A stretch of 64,000 nt of DNA from Eubacteriales bacterium (GTDB lineage Bacteria > Bacillota > Clostridia > Oscillospirales > CAG-272), in assembly GCA_045612665.1 (NCBI GenBank), contig JAZKZO010000038.1, forward strand, positions 14,545 to 78,544. Reading direction: 5' to 3'. Positions 56,287 to 64,000 of this stretch are shown here, one piece after another (positions within the stretch are counted from its first letter, which is position 1; each line of letters opens with the position of its first letter). A program made the translations under genes and the position numbers. The notes below the pieces were generated by a model, which was not told the DNA's origin, made no database searches, and was given only the letters and a program-made list of their open reading frames with translations.

Positions 56287-57078
56287 TTAGATAATTTCAT
56301 TCGCTTTATTTAGGAAAGCAATGAGCTTTGGGCTTTTGGGGTTGTCAAAGAGCTCCTCAGGAGTTCCCATTTCCTCAATTACTCCGTCTGCCATAAAGAT
56401 TACCTTGTCGGAAACGTTTTTGGCAAATTCCATTTCGTGAGTTACGATAACCATTGTTCTATCGCCCGATTTAAGGCTCTTTATAACCTTCAAAACCTCT
56501 CCTGTAAGCTCAGGGTCGAGGGCTGAGGTTGGCTCGTCAAAGCAAAGGATTTCCGGTTCAAGCATAAGAGCGCGTGCAATTGCAACTCTTTGCTGTTGTC
56601 CACCTGAAATTTCGCAAGGATAAGACTTTGCCTTTTCGGTAAGACCGACGGTTTCAAGAAGCTCAAGCGCCCTTGCGTTTATCTTCTCAAATTCGTCAAG
56701 CTTTTCCTGTTTTGTAAGGTCTTTTCTTTCCTTTATACGAAGCTTTGGTGCAAGCGTTAGGTTATCAATAACGTTATATTGAGGGAAAAGGTTAAACTGT
56801 TGGAAAACAAGTCCCATATGAAGGCGCTTTTCTCTCTTTTCCTTATCGGTATAGGTGTTCTCTGCCTCGGCATCAATTACGATATTTCCGTCAATGGAAA
56901 CGACGCCTTGGTCGGCATTCTCTAAGAGGTTAAGGCAACGAAGAAGCGTTGTTTTTCCGCTACCCGATGAGCCAATTATGGACAATACCTCGCCCTTATC
57001 GAGTTCAAAATCAACTCCGCGAAGGACCTCGGTATTCCCGAAGCTTTTATATATTCCGTTTACTTCTAAAAATCCCAT
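56287..57078 (-). CDS. amino acid ABC transporter ATP-binding protein
   Basis: GSSGSGKTT, ISGGQQQRVAIARAL and ILCFDEPTSALD. Confidence 0.9.
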   Translation of the reverse strand: MGFLEVNGIYKSFGNTEVLRGVDFELDKGEVLSIIGSSGSGKTTLLRCLNLLENADQGVVSIDGNIVIDAEAENTYTDKEKREKRLHMGLVFQQFNLFPQYNVIDNLTLAPKLRIKERKDLTKQEKLDEFEKINARALELLETVGLTEKAKSYPCEISGGQQQRVAIARALMLEPEILCFDEPTSALDPELTGEVLKVIKSLKSGDRTMVIVTHEMEFAKNVSDKVIFMADGVIEEMGTPEELFDNPKSPKLIAFLNKANEII

Positions 57079-57080
57079 AA

Positions 57081-57725
57081 TTACACCTTATAATAGCTCA
57101 ATTTTTTCTCTGCCCAACCGAACAGTAGCGTAAGAATTCCGACAAAGATAAGATAGAATACTGATGTATAGAAAAGTGGCCAAATAAGACCGTATGCTGT
57201 GAAATTTTGTGCTGCTTGAATGATTTCAACAACCATAATTACTCTTGCAAGTGCTGTGTCCTTTACCAAGGTTATTACCTCGTTTGACATAGGCGCTAAA
57301 ATGCGCTTTACAACCTGCATAAGAATTACCTTGAAGAAAACCTGCGTTTTAGTCATTCCGAGGACTTGTCCTGCCTCGTACTGACCCTTTGGAATACTCT
57401 CAATACCACCACGGTAAATTTCCGAGAAATAGCAAGCGTAGTTAATTACGAATGCCAACACTACGGAGCCGAATCTTGGAAGAAGCGGCGAGCCGAGCAA
57501 AAATCCCGGAACATAAAATACGATTATTACTTGGAGCATAAGCGGAATTCCACGAACGATCCAAACAATGATTTTAACGAGGTACGCGAGTGGCTTAAAT
57601 TTTGACATTGAGCCAAAAGAAATGAGTAAACCTAAAGGAAGCGCTAACACGAGTGTTAGCGCAAAAATTTCGCAAGTTTTTCCGAGTCCATTAAGCAAGC
57701 TTAATGTAATATCCCAAAAACTCAT
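57081..57725 (-). CDS. amino acid ABC transporter permease
   Basis: HisM/GlnP-type polytopic protein; EAGQVLGMTKTQVFFKVILMQ contains the EAA loop. Confidence 0.85.
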   Translation of the reverse strand: MSFWDITLSLLNGLGKTCEIFALTLVLALPLGLLISFGSMSKFKPLAYLVKIIVWIVRGIPLMLQVIIVFYVPGFLLGSPLLPRFGSVVLAFVINYACYFSEIYRGGIESIPKGQYEAGQVLGMTKTQVFFKVILMQVVKRILAPMSNEVITLVKDTALARVIMVVEIIQAAQNFTAYGLIWPLFYTSVFYLIFVGILTLLFGWAEKKLSYYKV

Positions 57726-57740
57726 AAATTATTCCTTTTA

Positions 57741-58547
57741 TTATTCGATGGTTTCAGTTACGCTGAGAACATTCTCGAAGCCATACTTTGTTGCGATTTC
57801 CAAGAGCTTTCCGTTAGCCTCAAGCTCCTTGATTGCTGAGTTTACCTTAGCAGTAAGGTCGCTTCCTTTTCTGAAGCCTACTGCATAGATTTCGCTATCA
57901 AGCTCGATACCCTCAACGATTGCGAGGTCAGTGTAGTTACCGCCCTCACCGCAAAGGTTTCTTGCAAGAACGATATCACATACGATGAAATCTACTGCGC
58001 CTGACTTAAGCTCAGGGAATGCAGCGATTTGTGATGTAGCCTTAAAAATCTTATCTGCATCAGTGAAATCAGCAGCTGTTGCAGCGCCTGCGCTACCGCC
58101 CTCAACACAAGCCTTCTTGCCTGCGAGGTCAGCAGTTGACTGATACTTTGCAAGGTCAGCCTTCTTAACAACTACACACTGTTGGTTGAGCATATAGCCG
58201 TATGAGAAATCAACGAGGTCGCTTCTCTTGAAGGTTGTGCCTTCGATTTTGTCGCTTGAGTTAGCAGTAAAGCCGTTCCAAATGCAGTCGATAGCACCGG
58301 AGTTAAGCTCGTTATACTTCTGCTCCCATTCGATTTCCTGAAATTCAACTTCCATACCGATGATTTTACCAACCTCGATAGCGAATTCGCTCTCGAAGCC
58401 AGTCCAGTTGCCGTCTGCATCCTGCTCATTCATATTTTCGAAAATTGTAACACCGCAAACGAGTGTTTCTCTCTTACAAGAAGAGAATGCGAATACTGTG
58501 CATGCGAGCATTGCAAGCACGAGTACGAGTGAAAGAATTTTTTTCAT
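57741..58547 (-). CDS. amino acid ABC transporter substrate-binding lipoprotein
   Basis: Lipobox FAFSSC and family-3 SBP length and pattern (IDCIWNGFT...). Confidence 0.8.
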   Translation of the reverse strand: MKKILSLVLVLAMLACTVFAFSSCKRETLVCGVTIFENMNEQDADGNWTGFESEFAIEVGKIIGMEVEFQEIEWEQKYNELNSGAIDCIWNGFTANSSDKIEGTTFKRSDLVDFSYGYMLNQQCVVVKKADLAKYQSTADLAGKKACVEGGSAGAATAADFTDADKIFKATSQIAAFPELKSGAVDFIVCDIVLARNLCGEGGNYTDLAIVEGIELDSEIYAVGFRKGSDLTAKVNSAIKELEANGKLLEIATKYGFENVLSVTETIE

Positions 58548-58655
58548 TTCTAAATCTCCTTTTTTACTTTATCGCTTTAGTTAATTAAAGTGATTACAAT
58601 TATATCACACTATTTAGATAAAGTCAAGAGATTTTCAAATAATTATAATAATATT

Positions 58656-59561
58656 TTAGAATAGAATAGGAAAGGTAAAAAGAAGCTCTCGAAGTCTCAA
58701 ATAAATATCGCTCGAAAGGGACGGTGGGAGTGGATTTTCGCCAAGTCCGCACTCGATTGTAAAGGACGGAAGATTATATTTTTGGATAAGCCAATCGGTA
58801 AGACCGCCATACGAGGCAGTCCCCTGTGTATCGGACAGCTTATACGAGGTCATTTTGGCTATTTGCTTTGACACAAATTCGCTTTTTTGTGGACACTTCC
58901 CCGCGGATTTGTAGTAAATTTCCTCGCCCTGTGAATGAAGCGTGAGCACTCCGCAAAGCTCCTCGATATTGTAGCGAATAAACGAGGCAAGTGCGCTAAC
59001 CTCAGGCTCACTTTCGGGGGCTTCTCCGCTATATTTAGTCGCGCCCTGTGTGATTTTTTGCTCCTTTTCGAGCGTTTTGTACTCGTAAAAGCCCGCATCG
59101 TAATTGTGGTTTAAATCGACCCCTCTTGCGTTTGAATTCCATTTTGAAAAATCGCCGTTTGAATATTTCATTACTCTTGCATAAAGCGGATTTTGCGCTT
59201 CTATTCCGTGAAGGCGATATTCTACTCCGTCGGGGTTGAGCATCGGAACGATATAGATTTTTCTTGCCCCTAGCAAAAGATCAAGATTTATTCCGTATAC
59301 ATTTTTCTTTTTCCCACGCAAGGACAAAAATTCGTCCAAAAATCCAAGAAGCAAAAGCGTACATATGCTTTCGGTTGCGTGGTGCGTTGCGACATACAAA
59401 ACGCTTTTTCTTGCGCTTGATGCGCCGAGTGTGATAATCGGTATCGGTCGATACAAAATCGAATTGCCTATATAGGTCATTTTAAGGCAGTCGCTACTTG
59501 ATGTTAGCTCGTTTAAGACATTCATCATTTGTAAATAATCTAGCTCTTTTTCATATTTCAT
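58656..59561 (-). CDS. M14 family metallopeptidase (gamma-D-glutamyl-L-diamino acid endopeptidase I-like)
   Basis: HxxE zinc motif (THHATES), NPDGVEY, and a second His in GVLTLHSQGEEIYY. Confidence 0.7.
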   Translation of the reverse strand: MKYEKELDYLQMMNVLNELTSSSDCLKMTYIGNSILYRPIPIITLGASSARKSVLYVATHHATESICTLLLLGFLDEFLSLRGKKKNVYGINLDLLLGARKIYIVPMLNPDGVEYRLHGIEAQNPLYARVMKYSNGDFSKWNSNARGVDLNHNYDAGFYEYKTLEKEQKITQGATKYSGEAPESEPEVSALASFIRYNIEELCGVLTLHSQGEEIYYKSAGKCPQKSEFVSKQIAKMTSYKLSDTQGTASYGGLTDWLIQKYNLPSFTIECGLGENPLPPSLSSDIYLRLRELLFTFPILF

Positions 59562-59704
59562 AACAAAATACCTCTCTTTTTTATAAGTTTATGTGATGAT
59601 TTTCTGAATTTTGTGTTATTTTCAAAGTTTTTCGATATTAGGTCTTTATTTTTTTATGAATGTATGTTAGAATATAGGAGTATTTTAAGTTAAGAGGTGC
59701 TTTT

Positions 59705-60451
59705 ATGAAAAAATCATTTTATGTAAACGCATCCGTTGCCGTAATCGGCTCGTCGCTTTTCGCACTTCTTGTGTCGATTATTTACTTTATTGTTTCAATA
59801 AACGTTGACGACGCGACCTCTCTTATGGTTACTCTTGGACTTTTTACTGATTTCTTTAATGCAGTTTCAATGTTCATCGGCTTCGGAACTATAATTTATG
59901 CGTTCTTTAAATTCGGCTTCTACGAGGGAATTATGTCTATTCTTCTCGTGCTTGCGGCATTTGTTCCATACTTCATTTATCAATCGGTTGCTTGGAACGT
60001 ATATGCAAAATATCAATACGGCGTTGTTGTCGAGGGAACTGAGGCATTCTCCTCTGCCATCATGGGAATTTACTACTCCATGGGTCAAGGAATTGTAAAT
60101 CAAATTATCCCTGCGCTTATCGTTGCTCTTATCGTTTGCAAGGTTGTTAAGACCAACAAGGATAAGCCGACTAAGTATATCAGCTGGAAAAACAAGCTTC
60201 AGCGCGCTATGATTACCGTTTGTATTTCTCTTACCTGTATAAATCTCGTAATGCTCGTTCTTACCGGAATTCTTCCCGAGCTTGCAGGTATGGGCTGGGT
60301 TATGACAAAGGCTGTTTTTAACGAGTACATTGTAACAGTTTTCATTTCTATCGGTGAAAACCTCGTTATTTACTTGCCTATTCAGTATATCGTGCTTATG
60401 AGCACTTATAGCTTCTATGAGCGCCGTCTTAATCCGATAAACAAAATTTAA
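59705..60451 (+). CDS. hypothetical polytopic membrane protein
   Basis: 248 aa with about 6 hydrophobic segments. I recognise no family motif. Confidence 0.55.
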   Translation: MKKSFYVNASVAVIGSSLFALLVSIIYFIVSINVDDATSLMVTLGLFTDFFNAVSMFIGFGTIIYAFFKFGFYEGIMSILLVLAAFVPYFIYQSVAWNVYAKYQYGVVVEGTEAFSSAIMGIYYSMGQGIVNQIIPALIVALIVCKVVKTNKDKPTKYISWKNKLQRAMITVCISLTCINLVMLVLTGILPELAGMGWVMTKAVFNEYIVTVFISIGENLVIYLPIQYIVLMSTYSFYERRLNPINKI

Positions 60452-60483
60452 GGTGTTAATAATTTAAGAAAAGGATATATTTT

Positions 60484-61971
60484 ATGAAGAAAAGAATTAT
60501 TTGCTTAGCTCTTATGCTAATTATGGTTTTATCGCTTGCTTCTTGCGTTATAGACCAAAAGTATGACTATGACCTTACAAAGTACGTTACAATTCCTAAC
60601 GTTGCAGGTAAGGAAATCGAGGTAAAGCTCGACTACGTTCAATCAACAATCGACTCCGACATTATAAGCTCAAGCGCTGTTGCTTCAAACAAGTACACAG
60701 CTAAAGAGGGCGACAACGTTACAATGAGCATCGTTATCAAGGAGCTCTTTTGGAGTGCTGACGGAAAAATCGACTCCTCAAAGGATGCAAACGGTAACGA
60801 AAACATTCTCTTCTCAACTGACAATTCAACTACAACAGACGTTGTTGAAACTATTATAATCAAGAATCTCGGTGCAGGCTCGTTCCACCCTGAGATTGAA
60901 GCAAAGTTTTTGAAGAAGAAGCTCGGTCAGGAGCACACCGACACATACAAGCTCCCAAGCGACCTCTCCGCTCTTCAGGGCATGCTCACAGCTGAGCAAT
61001 ATGCAAAGATTGCTCCATATGCAGGCAAGGATTGCTACATCACATACAAGTTCATTTCAAGACCTGTTCGTGAGGGCGATATTGTTAACGTAAGCTACAC
61101 AGGCTACCACACAGACGATGCAGGCAATATCAAGATCGGCACTGACGGCAAGGAAGTAACATTTAGCGGTGGAAGCGGAACATCTAATGTTTATATCGGC
61201 TCACGCACATTCATTGAGGACTTCGAAAAGGGTCTTATCGGCTTTGAGGTTGGCAAGGAAGGTCAATTCAAGGCAACATTCCCAAGCGATTACGGCGTTG
61301 ACGACCTCAACGGCAAGACTGTTATCTTCAAGGCAACTGTTAAGGACATCTTCACTCCAAAGGAATACAATCTCGAATATATAAAGAGCACTTACGGCGA
61401 CAAGTACGAGTCAATCGAGGCATTCGAAACAGAGCTTAAGAAGTCTTATGCTTCTAAACAGCTTCTCAACTTCTTCCTCGAGAACACAATCGCACTCGAC
61501 TATCCAAAGGCTGAAAAGAAGCTTATCGCAAATCAGCTTAAGGAAATGGAGCTCAACTTTGCTACTCAGTACGGTATCGAATTCGACGCGTATATTAAGA
61601 CATATCTCGGATTTAACAGCCGTGAGGACTATATCAACTATACAATGAAGGCTGAAATGGCTTATTACGCATATGCTCAGCAAAACGGACTTGAGCCTAC
61701 AAATGCCGACATTGCAACTGCAAGAGCAGGTCTTATCGAAACCTACAAGGAGCAATATCTCCAATCTAGCTCAAAGATCACAGAGGCAGAGGCGCTTAGC
61801 CTTGCAACCTCATTCGTTGACGAGCAGCTCACCGAAAGCGACATTTATCAAGAAGCAATTTACGCTCTTGTTGGCGACCACCTCGAAACACAGTACGTTA
61901 TGAAGGAAATCGCTCCAACCTACACATCCGTTACAAAGGGCGGAAGCTTGTTCGACCCAAAGGCTGAATAA
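60484..61971 (+). CDS. lipoprotein with trigger-factor-like FKBP-type PPIase domain
   Basis: Lipobox LSLASC. REGDIVNVSYTGYH...FSGGSGTSNVYIGSRTFIEDFEKGLIGFEVGKEGQFKATFPSDYGVDDLNGKTVIFKATVKDIF follows the trigger factor PPIase pattern. Confidence 0.7.
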   Translation: MKKRIICLALMLIMVLSLASCVIDQKYDYDLTKYVTIPNVAGKEIEVKLDYVQSTIDSDIISSSAVASNKYTAKEGDNVTMSIVIKELFWSADGKIDSSKDANGNENILFSTDNSTTTDVVETIIIKNLGAGSFHPEIEAKFLKKKLGQEHTDTYKLPSDLSALQGMLTAEQYAKIAPYAGKDCYITYKFISRPVREGDIVNVSYTGYHTDDAGNIKIGTDGKEVTFSGGSGTSNVYIGSRTFIEDFEKGLIGFEVGKEGQFKATFPSDYGVDDLNGKTVIFKATVKDIFTPKEYNLEYIKSTYGDKYESIEAFETELKKSYASKQLLNFFLENTIALDYPKAEKKLIANQLKEMELNFATQYGIEFDAYIKTYLGFNSREDYINYTMKAEMAYYAYAQQNGLEPTNADIATARAGLIETYKEQYLQSSSKITEAEALSLATSFVDEQLTESDIYQEAIYALVGDHLETQYVMKEIAPTYTSVTKGGSLFDPKAE

Positions 61972-61976
61972 TCAAG

Positions 61977-62009
61977 AAAACGGTTAGCTTGGCTAACCGT
62001 TTCTTTTTT
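61977..62009 (+). terminator. intrinsic terminator
   Basis: aaaacggttagc-ttg-gctaaccgtttc followed by a T-run. Confidence 0.75.
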
Positions 62010-62050
62010 GGCAAAATAAAAAGACCTTTTTTCAAAGGTCTTTTATTTGT

Positions 62051-63148
62051 TTAGTTTTCAAAGCCGTTTGCAACTGCGTTGAGATAGTCCTTGCTAGCCT
62101 GTGTGTACTTATTAAAGTTAAGCAAGCCAGCCACGTCGGCAATAGAAATGTCCTTGCTACCGTTAATAGAGGTGTAGGTCTTCTCCATTCTTGCCGAGCC
62201 ATCCTCGCCGATAATCTTTACATACGCGTAGATATTGCCCTTAAGCTGAGTTTTAATACCTTCAATTGAAGCGCTTATTACGCCATCGGCATAGTTTGTT
62301 CTATTCTTTTCAGGAGCGCTATCTCCATAGAAGATTTCCGTTTTCTTATCCTTGCCATATACAAGCTCAATACCGATTTCAATCTTATAGCCCTTAGATT
62401 CAAGCGCTTGAAGAGACTCGGCATTAACCTTGAAGTGTGCGCCGATGCCTGATGGATTGCCTGCATATCTTATTGCAGTTCCGACGACAGTGAAAAGATT
62501 TGTTTCAATAGGAGAAGTTGATTCAGATGCAACGTATCCACAGCTTGAACAGGTCTTGTAGGAAAATCCGCCCTGGAAATAATCCCTCTCTCTTACAACA
62601 ACGCTATCCTCAAATGAGTGTGTTGCGCAAGGAGTGAGTGCCGAGGCTGTAACTGTGCCCGTTGTAGCCGATGCAGGGGTTTTAACAATTGTTTCGTTTT
62701 GGCTTGTTGCAAATTCGCTATTCAACGCATCAAGAGTGATATTATATACCTCGCCCTCAATCGCGTTATCCGGAATTTTGAACTTGAGTGTACAAATAAC
62801 TGCATTAGCGGCTGCCGAAACGCTTTCCTTAGTGCTTGAAATTTCGATATCACCTACATAAAGAATTTCTCCGTTTTCCTCACCGTTTACAGTTGTATAG
62901 GTGTTTTCGAAAACTGTTCCGTTGGTAATCGAAACAAGCTCAAGCCTTGAATCGTATTTAATTGCAAGTCTTGCGATTGTAACGTCAAGCGTGCTAGCCA
63001 TAGAAACATTAACGTCTACAAGCTGAGATGCACCACCCTGAACATTACCGAATTTAACATTAGCTGTCCCCTCTGCTGTTGCCATAGGTACTAGAAGTGC
63101 AAGCACCAAAACAAGAGCGAGCACAAAAGACAATGCTCTTCTTTTCAT
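62051..63148 (-). CDS. secreted cohesin-like domain protein with a Cys-rich C-terminal module
   Basis: Signal peptide MKRRALSFVLALVLVLALLVPMATA. VKFGNVQGGASQLVDVNVSMAS...LAIKYDSRLELVSITNG...ICTLKFKIPDNAIEGEVYNITLD follows the cohesin pattern. ATG 63148 has an AGGAG RBS. Confidence 0.65.
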   Translation of the reverse strand: MKRRALSFVLALVLVLALLVPMATAEGTANVKFGNVQGGASQLVDVNVSMASTLDVTIARLAIKYDSRLELVSITNGTVFENTYTTVNGEENGEILYVGDIEISSTKESVSAAANAVICTLKFKIPDNAIEGEVYNITLDALNSEFATSQNETIVKTPASATTGTVTASALTPCATHSFEDSVVVRERDYFQGGFSYKTCSSCGYVASESTSPIETNLFTVVGTAIRYAGNPSGIGAHFKVNAESLQALESKGYKIEIGIELVYGKDKKTEIFYGDSAPEKNRTNYADGVISASIEGIKTQLKGNIYAYVKIIGEDGSARMEKTYTSINGSKDISIADVAGLLNFNKYTQASKDYLNAVANGFEN

Positions 63149-63253
63149 ATCTATCTCCTTTTGTCTTTTCGACAATTTGCATAGTATCTTATTGTTATTT
63201 TAACACATTTTATTTATTATGTCAAGGTAAATATTATAAAATATGCACATAAG

Positions 63254-63282
63254 AAAAACGGCTTCAAAAGAAGCCGTTTTTG
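63254..63282 (-). terminator. intrinsic terminator after trpB
   Basis: aaaaacggcttc-aaaa-gaagccgttttt. Confidence 0.75.
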
Positions 63283-63284
63283 TT

Positions 63285-64000
63285 TTAGCGAATACCGTAG
63301 TTTTCGATTATGTAATCCATATCCTTGTCGCCTCTGCCCGAGAGGTTGATAAGAATTGAGCCGTGGTCCATAGTCTTTGCAAGCTTCATACCGTAAGCAA
63401 CGGCGTGTGAGCTTTCGATTGCAGGGATAATGCCCTCAAGACGTGAAAGCTTGAAGAATGCGTCGATTGTTTCCTCATCGTCAATTACGTCGTACTTAAC
63501 TCTGCCGATTTCCTGAAGGAATGCGTGCTCAGGGCCTGACGAAGGATAGTCAAGTCCACTTGCAACTGAGTAAACAGGAGCGGGATCACCATTTTCGTCC
63601 TTAAGCATAATACTGTTAAAGCCGTGCATAATTCCCTCTGTACCGTATTTAAGGCTTGCTGCGTGGTCGCCAAGCTTTGGGCCTCTACCAAGAGGCTCAA
63701 TACCGTAAATATCAACAGGGTCGTTTAGGAAGCCTGCAAAAAGTCCTGCCGCGTTAGAGCCACCGCCAACGCAAGCAACGATAGCTGATGGAAGGTTACC
63801 TGTCATTTCCATAAACTGCTCTCTTGCCTCGATGCCGACAATGCTTTGGAAATCGCGCACCATCATTGGGAATGGATGAGGACCGAGAACACTACCGATA
63901 CAGTAGATTGCGTCGTTATATTCCTTGCTATAAGCCTCGAAAGCTGCGTCAACTGCTTCCTTCAAGGTTTGAAGTCCGTGTGTTACCTCGATAACGTTTG
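63285..64000 (-). CDS. trpB: tryptophan synthase beta chain, C-terminal part (N-terminus beyond the window end)
   Basis: ...[16 protein letters not shown]..., [14 protein letters not shown] and SHAVAY motifs. The frame stays open to position 64000. Confidence 0.92.
   Translation of the reverse strand, partial: NVIEVTHGLQTLKEAVDAAFEAYSKEYNDAIYCIGSVLGPHPFPMMVRDFQSIVGIEAREQFMEMTGNLPSAIVACVGGGSNAAGLFAGFLNDPVDIYGIEPLGRGPKLGDHAASLKYGTEGIMHGFNSIMLKDENGDPAPVYSVASGLDYPSSGPEHAFLQEIGRVKYDVIDDEETIDAFFKLSRLEGIIPAIESSHAVAYGMKLAKTMDHGSILINLSGRGDKDMDYIIENYGIR

Overview
This 64-kb chromosomal segment comes from a low-GC, endospore-forming Firmicute. The Clostridia-like assignment is an inference from spoIVA, a GerA-family gene, a ytvI-like gene, an ENP1-like M14 peptidase and an ECF transporter module. 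Most of the window is housekeeping. It holds the ecfA1-ecfA2-ecfT-truA cluster. ruvC sits divergent from a DUF951-yfhO-ruvA-ruvB unit. It also holds ychF, trpS, spoIVA, the str operon (rpsL-rpsG-fusA-tuf), a stand-alone ftsZ and a capD-like dehydratase. Further on come a ligA-cca-GH3 unit, a tRNA-His/Arg/Gly cluster, ung, a ThuA/Gfo-Idh-MocA pair, type II pantothenate kinase, an amino-acid ABC transporter and the 3' part of trpB. I saw no CRISPR array, IS element, integrase, prophage or recognisable defence system. The accessory-looking parts are: (1) two large lipoproteins at 15.8-20.0 kb, one a collagen-like/LRR mosaic. (2) An A+T-rich three-gene islet (43.2-46.1 kb) abutting the tRNA cluster, with an HTH-TPR regulator. 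(3) A C39-like protein with its catalytic Cys replaced, next to an unannotated 50-aa gene. (4) An LRR protein and a cohesin-like protein that share an uncharacterised Cys-rich C-terminal module. (5) An orphan OmpR-type response regulator with Glu at the phospho-acceptor site, next to three TGTGAA repeats at 11-bp spacing. All calls rest on reading the sequence and recalling family motifs. No database search or computation was run.
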